64,000 bases of DNA from Dictyostelium discoideum (taxonomy: Eukaryota). This document shows, piece by piece, positions 12,234-23,063 of this stretch. The position numbers and the translations under genes are program-made. The stretch covers positions 4,320,001-4,384,000 of the forward strand of contig CM000153.2 in assembly GCA_000004695.1 (NCBI GenBank). The letters are read 5' to 3'. Each line of letters starts with the position of its first letter. Positions within the stretch are counted from its first letter, which is position 1. Below the pieces are notes generated by a model. The model did not search any database. It was not told where the DNA came from and saw nothing but the letters and a program-made list of their open reading frames with translations.

Positions 12234-13250
12234 TTACAATTTTACCATCATTTTACCAGTATTTGTACCTTTGAATAATGCAAGAAAAGATGGCACCAAT
12301 TGATCGAAACCATTATTAATGGTGTGTCTATCTTTGAGTTGACCAGATTTATACCATTGAGCCAATTCTTTTAATGCTTCAGCATGTTTGCTTGCATAGT
12401 TTGCAACGATGAAACCTTGTAATTTTGAGGAAGTTTTCAAGAGATAACCTTCAATACGTGGGCCAACATCCTTTTCAGTAGAGTTGTATTGTGAGATTAC
12501 ACCGCATAGTGGAATACGGGCAAACTTATTCAAGTGTGGCCAAATTGCATCAGATACAACACCACCAACATTCTCCCAATATATATCAACACCATTTGGA
12601 ATTGCTTTTGCTATATCGTCTTTATAAGTTGGTGAATTGTAATTTACACCGACATCAAAACCTAATTCATCGACGATGTATTTTATCTTCTCTTCGGAAC
12701 CTACGATACCTACAACTCTGCAACCTTTGATTTTACCAATTTGACCGACCAATTGACCTACTGCACCGGCTGCAGCGCTGATTACCATGGTTTCACCTTG
12801 TTTTGGTTCTGCGATCTCTTTGAGACCGTGATAAGCTGTTAATCCGACCATACCCAAAACTGAGAGGAATGATTCCAATGGCGCTAATGTTGTATCGATT
12901 TTATTTGCATATGGACTGTTTGAATTGTAGATGAATTCAGATTGCCATGGTAAATGACCCATAATGTAATCACCTACTGAATACTTTGATGCTGAGCCTG
13001 CTTTTGTAACTTTACCAATAGCATATCCAACAATTGGTTTACCAATTTCAAATGGTGGGATATATGATTTACGTGTTGTCATACGACCTCTCATATATGG
13101 GTCTGGTGAAACTATCTCTAATTTTACTACTACTTCTTCATTTTTTAATTCTTCAATTGAAAATTCAAAAGTTTTCTCTTCAAAATCCTCCAAAGTTGGT
13201 GTACCACTTTCGATGTGATTTTTTAATACAATTTGTTTACTAAGAACCAT
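12234..13250 (-). CDS. NADP-dependent oxidoreductase of the MDR superfamily, PTGR1 (leukotriene B4 12-hydroxydehydrogenase / prostaglandin reductase)-like, 338 aa, intronless.
   Basis: The 338-aa ORF carries the Rossmann glycine motif AAAGAVGQLVGQIGK and shows full-length collinearity with PTGR1-type enzymes. It is a paralog of the gene at 15795..16934. Confidence 0.85.
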   Translation of the reverse strand: MVLSKQIVLKNHIESGTPTLEDFEEKTFEFSIEELKNEEVVVKLEIVSPDPYMRGRMTTRKSYIPPFEIGKPIVGYAIGKVTKAGSASKYSVGDYIMGHLPWQSEFIYNSNSPYANKIDTTLAPLESFLSVLGMVGLTAYHGLKEIAEPKQGETMVISAAAGAVGQLVGQIGKIKGCRVVGIVGSEEKIKYIVDELGFDVGVNYNSPTYKDDIAKAIPNGVDIYWENVGGVVSDAIWPHLNKFARIPLCGVISQYNSTEKDVGPRIEGYLLKTSSKLQGFIVANYASKHAEALKELAQWYKSGQLKDRHTINNGFDQLVPSFLALFKGTNTGKMMVKL

Positions 13251-13747
13251 ATTTTTTATTTTTATTTTATTTATTTATTTATTTATTATAAATAATTATT
13301 ATATTACTTTTATAATTAGTTTTTTATTTATTTATTTTATTTTATTTTTTAATCTTTTGTTGAGTGAAAATATAAAAAAAAAATAAAAAAGAAATCTTTT
13401 TTTATACTAAAAAAAAAAAAAAATTAAATTAAAAAAAAAAAAAAAAAATTAAATTAAAAAAAAACTTTTTGGATATTTTTATTTTTTTATTTTTTTTTTT
13501 TTCTAAAGGGTAAAAATTGTTGTCATTTTAAAATGACGATTTCCAAAAATATGAAAAAGTAAAAAAGATAAAGAACTAATCTTTCCCTATTCTTTAAAAT
13601 TTCATCACGGGTTAACATATTTATATATTATTCTTTGTGACAATAATTATTTTGTAGGCATTCTTTAAAAAAATGAAAAATATGGGATATTTTGGCATTG
13701 GAATGATAAAAAAATAAAAAATAAAAATGAAAATAAAAAATAAAAAT

Positions 13748-13779
<32 letters not shown>

Positions 13780-13785
13780 GTTTGA

Positions 13786-14112
13786 AAATCATTAATGCTG
13801 GGAAAAAGTAGGTGTGAATACTTTTTAAATTTCAAAAAAAAAAAAAAAAAAAAAAATAAAAATAAAATTTTTTATTTTTATTTTTTAAAAAGTATTAAAA
13901 AGTAGGAAGTATACTTTTTTTGACTTTTTTAAAATATCAATTGACTACTCTTGCAACTTTTTTGGTTCTTTTAATTTAAGAAACAAAAAAAAAAAATTGA
14001 AAAAATAAAAATAAATAAAAAAATAAAAAAATAAAAAAAAATATAAAAAAAAAAAAAATTTTCAAAATACTTTAAAAGTAAAATTTTCAAAATACTTTTT
14101 CCAGCATTGAAA
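13786..14112. mobile_element. Candidate small non-autonomous element (MITE-like), ~330 bp, bounded by imperfect inverted repeats.
   Basis: The left end is TGAAAATCATTAATGCTGGGAAAAAGTAGGTGTGAATACTTTTT (13786-13830). The right end is AAAATACTTTTTCCAGCATTGAAAATCAT (14083-14112), which is its reverse complement with core GCTGG(G)AAAAAGTA. A second internal copy of the AAAAAGTA(G)GAAGTATACTTTTT motif lies at ~13898. The internal sequence is AT-rich and non-coding. Confidence 0.3.
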
Positions 14113-14491
14113 ATCATATTATCTTAAATTATTAATAATAAATAAAAAAAAAAAAAAAAAAAAAGAAGTAAATTAATAAAATGACAAAAGATTAATTTTT
14201 TTTTTTTTTTTTTTCATTTGTTAAATTATTTTTATTTTTTTGGTATAAGAAAATATAAAAAAAACAATTTTTAATTTAAAAATAAAAATTCAATTGATTA
14301 AAAAAATAATAAAATTATTGAAAAAAGTAAAAGGTAAAGATTTGTTGGTAGTTTTTAAGATATTTTTAAAAAAAAAAAAATAATTTAAAAAATAGAAAAA
14401 AAAAAAAAAAAATCTAAAAAATGACAAAATAAAAGATTTTTTTTTTTTTTTTTTTTTTCCAATAATAACATATACAAACTTTCAAAAAATA

Positions 14492-15187
14492 ATGAAACTA
14501 TTTTTATTAATTATTAATTTAATTTATTTGATTAATTATTCAAATTGTTCAACTATATTATTTGCCAATTTTTTTTCATACGCAACAAGTGATTGTAGTG
14601 GAGAATCAATTGGATTTGGATATTCTTTAAAAATTGATGAATGTTTGGGTGCATTTCAACCATTTCAACAAGTTGATGATAATTTTTGGAAAATTGAATT
14701 TAATAAAGAATCAAATTCAATAATTACAACAAGATATAGTGAATGGAATTTTAATTGTAATGGTTCAAGTGATACTCAACAATTTATTATTGGAAATAAT
14801 GAATGTTCAATAATGCCAAATTTCACAGTGATTGAAACTGGTACAATCTCTGGTATGAGTGATATTTGGTATACTCGTGCTTCTATTAGTATTGGTAAAC
14901 CAGAATATACACCAGGTTCCTTATTATCAGTTAGAGAATATTATAATGATAATTCTAGAGGTAATTGTGATATGAATAATTTTCAAACTGCCGTTACCTA
15001 CTCTCAAAATTTAAAACTTTCCATTCAAGATACAAATGAATCAGAAACTTGGTTTTGTAAAAATAATGAAGCACTCGAAAACTTTTGTGATTTCAATGGT
15101 AAAAATTGTCAAATATTCGATAATACCATATCATGCAATCCTTCAGAACAATCTGGAAACCAAAATTGGTATTGTGTAACACCTTGA
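14492..15187 (+). CDS. Secreted Cys-rich protein, 231 aa, with an N-terminal signal peptide.
   Basis: The reading frame is uninterrupted. It begins with a hydrophobic leader (MKLFLLIINLIYLINYSNC) and has about 14 Cys in CxG/CxxC contexts (DCSGES, NCNGSS, NECS, FCKNNEALENFCDFNGKNCQ). No homolog was recognised. Confidence 0.5.
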   Translation: MKLFLLIINLIYLINYSNCSTILFANFFSYATSDCSGESIGFGYSLKIDECLGAFQPFQQVDDNFWKIEFNKESNSIITTRYSEWNFNCNGSSDTQQFIIGNNECSIMPNFTVIETGTISGMSDIWYTRASISIGKPEYTPGSLLSVREYYNDNSRGNCDMNNFQTAVTYSQNLKLSIQDTNESETWFCKNNEALENFCDFNGKNCQIFDNTISCNPSEQSGNQNWYCVTP

Positions 15188-15616
15188 TTTGCTAACTCAA
15201 ATAGGAAATAAATTAATTAATAATTTTTAAACCACATTATTTTTTTTTTTTTTACTTAAACACACAATTTTTTTTTTTCTAAATAATTTTAATTGATAAT
15301 AAGAATTATAATATATTTGATTTAATTTGATCAATAAATTTTTAAAAAGGGGAATAATTATAATTATTAAAGACTCATAAATATTAAATTAAATTCTCTA
15401 ACTGTATGATTAAAAAAAAATGTAAAATTGTAAATATCAAAGGAAATATGTTAAATAAAAATAAATAAATAAAAAATAAAAATAAAAAATAGATTTTGGT
15501 GAATTTCAAACCCCACACACCCAATCTATTTTTATAATAATTGTAATTATTTTTTTTAATTTCTCAACAAACCACATACAATTGTGTGTAATAAAAAAAA
15601 GTAACGAAAATAGAAA

Positions 15617-15640
15617 AGTGTGAATTCGAACCCCCACCCA
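15617..15640 (-). promoter_or_regulatory. B-box-like (tRNA T-loop-like) motif GGGGGTTCGAATTCAC on the minus strand. A weaker second copy lies at 15493..15517.
   Basis: The reverse complement of 15617-15640 is TGGGTGGGGGTTCGAATTCACACT, which matches the pol III B-box consensus GGTTCGAANCC at 9 of 11 positions. No cloverleaf could be folded around it, so it is not a tRNA gene. Confidence 0.2.
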
Positions 15641-15794
15641 TTTCGTTCAATTTAAATTTTATCTTTTTTATTTATTTAGTTTTACCTGTTTTTATTTTAT
15701 TTTATTTTTTTCATTATTTTTTAATTTTTTTTAAATTTCCTTTTTTTATTTTTATATTTATTATTTTATACAATTAAATAATTACAGAATAATT

Positions 15795-15965
15795 ATGACA
15801 AAAGTTAAATTTATTGCATTAAAAAACTATATCAAAGGTGGATATCCACAAGAAAAGGATTTTGAAACAAAAGAAGTAGATTTAGATGAAACATTGGGTA
15901 ATAATCAAATCCTTGTAAAATTGATTTACATTTCAGTTGATCCATATGTAATTATTAAAAATAAG

Positions 15966-16006
<41 letters not shown>

Positions 16007-16934
16007 ATTTAATTTAATATTAAAATTTATTTTATATTTTAAATTAATTTAATTTAAAAAGGTTCGTGGAAGAATGAGTGAAGGTAAATCATATATTGAT
16101 CCATTTAAGATTGGAGAACCAATTGAATGTGGTGGTGTTGGTAAAATTGAGAAATCAAATTGTAGCAAATGGAAAGTTGGTGATTACATTGCCAATAATC
16201 AATTCCCATGGAAAGAGAAATTTGTTACTGATGGTAATAACCCAGGTTGTTATAAAGCTGATAAGAACGCTGCTCCACTTCCATGTTATCTCTCTCTACT
16301 TGGTATGACTGGTATGACTGCCTATTGTGGTCTAACTGAAATCGGTGAACCAAAGAAAGGTGAAACATTGGTGGTGAGTGCTGGTTCTGGTGCCGTTGGT
16401 CAAATTGTTGGTCAAGTTGGTAAAATCATTGGTTGTAGAGTAATTGGTATTGCTGGATCGAAAGAAAAGTGTGATTTCATGACTAAGGAATTAAGATTCG
16501 ATGTAGGTATCAATTATAAATCTCCAACTTACAAAGATGATATTGCAAAAGCTGTTGAGAAAACTGGTGTCGATATCTATTGGGAGAATGTTGGTGGTGA
16601 AATAACTGATGCAGTTTTGCCACATTTAAACAAATATGCACGTATTCCACTTTGTGGTGTAATCTCTTCCTACAATAAAACCGAATTGGATGTTGGCCCT
16701 CGTATTCAAATTTATCTCTTGAAATCATCTGCAAAAATGCAAGGTTTCATTGTTTTTAACTACATTGATAAATTCCCTGCTGCCTCTAAACAATTGGCTG
16801 AATGGTATAATCAAGGTAAAATCAAAGATCAACATTCAATTAAAAAAGGCCTTGACCAAGTTGTACCATCATTCCTTTCATTATTTAATAGTGATCATCT
16901 TGGTAAAATGATTATTAAAATTGCTGATGAATAA
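15795..16934 (+). CDS. PTGR1-like NADP-dependent oxidoreductase (MDR superfamily), ~341 aa. Exons are 15795..15947 and 16062..16934. It is a paralog of 12234..13250.
   Basis: Exon 1 ends ...SVDPY with a GTAATT donor at 15948. The 114-nt intron contains an uninterrupted (A)42 tract. The acceptor aaaaag is at 16061. The translation DPY|VRGRMSEGKSYIDPFKIGEPI matches the paralog's DPYMRGRMTTRKSYIPPFEIGKPI. The cofactor motif AGSGAVGQIVGQVGK is present. Confidence 0.8.
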
Positions 16935-17462
16935 ATATTAAAATTTATTTTTAAAAAAAAAAAAAAAAAAAAAAAAGTGTGTTAAACCATTAATTTTATA
17001 ATTTTTTTTTTGTAATTAAATAATTTAAAAAGATAATTGTAAATGGGGAAAATTTATAATTCAAATAATTGTAATTATTTTTTTAATTTTTCCTACATCG
17101 TTTGCATTTTTCCCGCTGGGAAATTCCATTAAAAATAAAAAAATTCAAAAAAAAAATATCTAAATAAAGATATTATTTGGTTATTAAAAAATATTGGATA
17201 TTTTTTTTCAAAAAAAAAAATTAAAGTGTTAAAGGTAGTACAAAAAAATAAAGAAATCGATTAAATTGATATTTTTTTTTTTCATTAAAAACGAGTTTGT
17301 TTTTTTTTTTCCCACCCAGAGTGCGAAAGTTGGAAATATTTTTTTTTTTTTTTTTTTTTTTTTATAAGTTTAACTTTTTTTTTTTTTTATTTTCTTTTTA
17401 TTTTTTTCTTTTCATAATTTTTTTATATTTATTTATTTATTTATTTATTTTTTAAAAAAAAA

Positions 17463-20400
17463 AATGAAAAGGTTTTTCATTGTAATATTATTTATTTTAC
17501 TTGTCTGCATTTTTAATGTAAAATCAGAAGAACAATTGGGGGAGATCGAAATATCTAAAAATAGTTTTTCAATTGACACAAATGCCATCAATGTAAGTAT
17601 TAATAAAATAAATTGAAATTATTTATCAAAAACTGGCAAAAAATTAAGCCCTTTGTTTCATTTTTTATTAATTTTTATTTTTTTTTTTTGACTTTTTTCT
17701 TTTTTTTTTTTTTTTTTTTTAATCCCAAAGGCCGAAATTAATTATGTTATTGATAATAGTATAACCAAACCAAAATTAATAGTTACATTATTATCAGGGG
17801 ATGTAAATAGCATAGAAGATATAACATCAATTTCAAAAGATAAATCAACCTTGACATTTGGTGATTTTTCATCATTATCATTAGGCAATAAACAAAGTAA
17901 TAATAATAATAGAATTGTATTAATGATAGCGACAATCACAGGTTCTTTATTATTCATTAGATTTAATATTGGTTTTAATAAATCAACAACATTAATAATT
18001 TTAATTATTGGTACAATCTTTTTAATTGGGTCAAGTCATTCAATAACATTATCAGAAGTTTCAATTCGTATTGATATTAAAGTACCATCAACATTTAAAT
18101 TTGAAAAATTAGATTTGAAATTAGGTTCTGGTTCTTCAAATATTATTGGTTTATCTTCAAATTCAATCAATATTGATAGTTGTTTAAATTTAAAAGATCA
18201 CAAAATCAATTTATCAGACACAACAATTACATCAGCTTTAAATATTTGTTCAACTAAAAATATTGATATTAAAAATTTAAAACAATCATCAAATTCTTTA
18301 ATAAATTTAAAAACAAATTCAAATATTACTTTAAATTTTGGTGTAGGTAATTAATTATTATATATAAAAAAAAAAAAAATAATAATAATAATACATACTA
18401 AAAAAAAAAAAAAAATAGAATGGATATAGTGGTTTATTAGATATTTATAGTAATAGTTTAAAAATCGATGAAGCTTGTGATATTAAAGTGGATGGTTTAA
18501 ATACTACTGGTAGTTGTAATGAAGGTACTTCTTCTAAATTAGTTATCAATGCTAATGGAGTCACAATCACTGGTACTACTCCAACAACCACTCCAACAAC
18601 CACTCCAACAACCACACCAACAACTACACCAACAACTACTCCAACAACTACTCCAACAACTACTCCAACAACTACTCCAACAACTACTCCAACAACTACT
18701 CCAACAACTACACCAACAACTACACCAACAACAACACCAACAACAACACCAACAATAACTCCAACAACTACACCAACAACTACACCAACAACTACACCAA
18801 CAGATTCATGTCCAACAACATCAACATGGAGACCAACAATGGCATCATCAAGTTCACCAAGTTCACCATCATTTTCAAGTGTAACACCAATATTAGATTT
18901 TAATTTTGATAAAAGCAATTTAGGATTTAGATCAAGATATAAGTTCAATGAAAAAAGTATTTCAGATGGACCAAATGGTATTGCAAATTCATTTTCTATT
19001 AATTTTAATGAAACCTATTCACCAGATAGTAATTGGTTAATTTCAAAGATACCATCACCAGCATTAAGAGCCAACGTAAATTATGTATTCTCTTTTAATT
19101 TTAAATTGGGTCAGGCATTATCAAGTGATAATACAATTTCTTCAGTGACAATTTCATTTTATAGTCCAATTGATTTACCAGACCCAAATGTATTGGAATA
19201 TTTCGATCAACCAACTGCTTCACCATTATTTACAAAAACAATTACCACTGGTAGTTTCTCAAGCTCAACAACTTTTCAAGCAAATAGCATATCAATTAAA
19301 CCAACCACTGATATTGGTTTATCATTAATTGCAATTCAAATCATTCGTACCAAACAAAATAGTATTCCAATTAATTTATATTTTAGTGAAATGAAATTAA
19401 GCATTCCATCGAAATCAATTATTGATCCAACAACATTTTTAACTAAAGATTCAGAATTGATTAATATTCCAAAAGCATCAGCATCATTTGATTCACAAGA
19501 TCCATCAACATGTCCATATTTAGCAACTGATTTAGTTCATTGGCATGATAAATCCATTTGGAGTTCTGGTATTGTACCTTTACCTAACGCATCGAGTAAT
19601 ATTATTTTACCAGCTGGTAAAAGAGTTTTAATTAGTCCATGTTCAATTTCACAAACTGATATCTATAAAAAAATAACCATTCCACCAACAAGTGAATTGA
19701 TTTTTAGTGATGTCAATATGACAATGCATGTTCAAGATATCTATGTTCAAGGTAAATTCACTATGGGTACAAAAGAATGTCGTTACAATGCCTATATAAA
19801 TCTAATTTTTCATGGTACTAAAACCACCAGTGATACTATTGCCACCAATTTCGGTTCAAAAGGTATTGCAGTTGCTTCGGGTGGTTTCATTTCAGTACAA
19901 GGTAAACAATATCATAATACTTGGAGTAAATTATCAACCACTGCATGGTCTGGTGATTCTACAATCTATATTCAAGATTCTGTAAATTGGGAAGTTGGCC
20001 AACAGGTTTTAATAACAACAAGTGTCTACAAGGATGAATTGTACAATCAGAATGAGGTTTTAACAATTGCTGCAATCTCTGGTAAGAAAATTCAATTTAC
20101 AAGTGCACTTAAATATTACCATTATGGTGGTCAAGAATATCAAGCAGAGGTTGGTTTACTCTCAAGAAGAATCGTATTCCAAGGTGATCAAAGTTCATCG
20201 GATCCTCAACAATTTGGTGGTCATGTATTGGTTAGTGGTGAAGGTCAATTCTCGGGTTTATCATTGGTTCGTTTTGGTCAAAAAAATATTAAAGGTCGTT
20301 ATCCACTTCATTATCATTTGGCAAATAATGTTCAAAAATCTTATATCTCTGATTGTTCAGTTATTGATAGTTATTATCGTTGTTATACAATTCACGGTAC

Positions 20401-22099
20401 CAATGGTGTGACATTAACTAGAAATGTTGCATTCAATGCCATTGGTCATTGTTATTATTTAGAGGATGGTGTAGAAGTTGATAATACAATCTCTTACAAT
20501 TTAGGTGCTTTTGTTCATACCATTGGCACACCGGCCGCTGGTTACAATCAATATGGTCAAGATTTCCTACAATCATCCGATCTTACTCAACCTGCCGATT
20601 CAGCTGCTGCATGTTATTATATTACAAATGCAGCAAATTCTTTCATTGGTAATGCAGCATCTGGTGGTTGGTCAGGTTTCGCATTCCCAAATTTACCACG
20701 TCCAATAGGTAATCATCTTTCAGTTTCAATAGTACCATCACAATTTATTGCAAAAGTTTGGGAAGGTAATACAGCTCATAGTTCAGGTTATTATTTCGAA
20801 TTTGGTGCTTCAATTTATGTTGGTGGTTTATTAACTTATAATGATGCCACTGGTTTATTACAATATAGTAGTGGTAGAGAATCAAGAGATACCTATTTGA
20901 CTGGATATAACACTTCAGCAGCAGTTTGGATGAGATTTAACAATACTAAAGTTTATCTTAGCAATAGAGGTTTATCAATGTGGGGTGAAAGAACTGAGGC
21001 AGTCAATTTGGAGAGTCATGACTCTAGAAGACCTGCTTCATTATTTGGTGAAGCATGGTTATCAAATGCAATCGTCAATGGTCAATCGGGTAATATCTTA
21101 TCAGCAAGTGTCGAATACACTAGACAAGGTTTCCAATTTTATGATACTTACGTTCAGACCATCATTAGTAATATCATCTTTAGAAATTTTATAAAGTATC
21201 AAAATGCATCATCCAATGAAGAAGATAATAGAGTCATCATTAGTATGACACATAGTTCAGAATTCCTTCCACAAGGTATATCAGTATCAAAGAATATCAC
21301 AATTCAAAACACTGCTACCTCACAATTCATCGGTCATAATATTCCTGTCAATAGTACTGGTAGTAGTAGATTCTTTAATTTCATCGATTGGGATGGTAGT
21401 TTAACAGGTAAAAATGTTCCAACCCTAATTGGATCTCATGAGAAATTTTGGCAATTCGATAATACTTGTTCATTCAATTCAGATTGGAATTGTTATGTTT
21501 GTACTAAAGGTACAAGAGAGATTGCCAATGTTCAATTCTGGGTACCAGGTTTAATTTCAAGAGATGATGCTCAAAATAATGATGATTCAATTGGTAGCAT
21601 TTCATTATTTGGTGATGGAATAACTGATCGTCGTTCAACTAGAGTCATTCATACCGCTGGTATCACTGGTGTTAGTAATTCAGGTTGGTACCTTTATTTA
21701 ACCGATGGTACTCCAACTTATATGAAAATTTGGTTAGCTCAAGTAATTTACAATAATTATCTATTCATTGCAATTCCTTATCCAGCAACTACAACATTCT
21801 CTGTTAGTTCAGAGTATAAATATAATAGTAATTACAATTTCAATTTCACTCAAACATCTTCAGCTTCCGCAGTTAGAAGTGGTGATGGTAAGAAATATTA
21901 TTTCGATGGTACTCATTTATTCATTAAAGTCATTAACTTTAGATTAAATGGTACTGAAAGTTTTGATCGTGGTGGTGCAAAAGTTTACGATGTTTATTGG
22001 GAATTCCTCATTCATATCACTGCTTCAAATACAATAAAGCCACCAGTAAATGGTTTCTTTAAAGGGTTAACTGATACTTTACCATCTTCAAATTTGTAA
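17463..22099 (+). CDS. Secreted G8-domain protein with PbH1 (right-handed beta-helix) repeats, CEMIP/TMEM2-like, ~1,450 aa. Proposed exons are 17463..17516 (signal peptide), 17731..18342 and 18419..22099.
   Basis: The signal peptide is MKRFFIVILFILLVCIFN. A (TPTT)~24 linker occupies 18590-18800. The G8 region reads WHDKSIWSSGIVPLPNASSNIILPAGKRVLI...GKFTMG, and the motif GRYPLHYHL matches the GRYPIHFH of CEMIP/TMEM2. It is followed by TIHGTNGVTLTRNVAFNAIGHCYYLEDGVEVDNTISYNLG. Exon 2-3 joins use the GTAGGT donor at 18343 and the aaaatag acceptor at 18418 (phase 0). The exon-1 boundary is ambiguous (see findings). Confidence 0.7.
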
Positions 22100-22188
22100 A
22101 ATTAAAAATTAAAAATTAAAAATATAAAGTATAAAATAAAATAAAATAATAAATTTTATTTTTAAATTTTAATAATTATAATTGTAAA

Positions 22189-23063
22189 TTAATAAAAAAA
22201 AATTGAAAATAATAATAATAATAATAATAGTATTAAATTTGAAGATAGTTTTATAGATGAATTATTGTTATCATTATTATTGTAATTGTTATCATCATCA
22301 TTATTATTGTTTTCATTATTATTATTATTATTTGTATTTGTATTCGTATTAGTTTTAAATTGACAATCTTCACAAATTCTAAAAGAGTCACCTCTATCTT
22401 TACCAATAATTAACATTGCAACAGAATTTAATTGAAAAGCAGTTGGATTTTCCATTTGACATTCAATTGAATTAAATGTTGATTTCTTTACAAAACAAAT
22501 CTCTGTGTCTCCTGATGTTATTGAAATATCAGAGATATTATATGAGAAATATTTACCTTTAATTATTAGTTGATTTGATTTTAAAATTACATTTTTAATA
22601 TCTGGTTGTTTAGTTTTATCTGTTGAAAAAATGTAATCATTATTTTCAATTTCAATAATTAAAATATCAGGAACCGTTACATTTTCTGCATTCTTTGGCC
22701 AATTACTTTTAAATTGGTTCTTTGCTTTATCATATTTCCATTCTAATATAACTTTAACATTATTTTTTATATCAATACTACTATTAAATGATTCATTACC
22801 AATACCATCACCCCTTAATGTAAATGTTTTATTTGGTAATTTTTCATAATTTAAATTTGGAATTATTAAATCTTATTTAATAAATAAAAAATTAAAATAA
22901 AAATAAAATAAAATATAATAAAATAAAAAAGTGAATTAATATTAAGAATAATTTAATTATTATTATGTTTTTTTTTATTTTTTTTTTTTTAATCCAATTT
23001 ACTTTGTGATAAAACAAAATTAAAAAATAAAAATATTGAAATGAGTAGTATTAATAGTTTCAT
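22189..23063 (-). CDS. Small secreted Asn-rich protein of ~247 aa with a hydrophobic C-terminus (GPI-anchor-like signal). Exons on the minus strand are 23063..23003 and 22871..22189.
   Basis: Exon 1 (MKLLILLISIFLFFNFVLSQ) is a signal peptide. The donor GTAAAT is at 23002 (phase 1) and the acceptor aaataag at 22872. The mature region contains an RGD triplet, an N/D-rich spacer and the terminal SSIKLSSNLILLLLLLLFSIFFY*. Confidence 0.55.

Noticed and set aside
15585-15670. A possible tRNA gene around the GGTTCGAATTC B-box motif.
   Set aside because: No acceptor, D, anticodon or T stems could be paired. The sequence flanking the motif is A/T-only. It is kept only as a B-box-like motif.
18445-18948. 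A 167-aa minus-strand ORF with (VVGV)n, and a plus-strand poly-(LQQ) ORF at 18549-18758.
   Set aside because: They are other frames of the (ACTCCAACAACC)n TPTT array inside the G8 gene. The regular 12-bp periodicity is also not a CRISPR array: there are no spacers, it is coding, and the host is a eukaryote.
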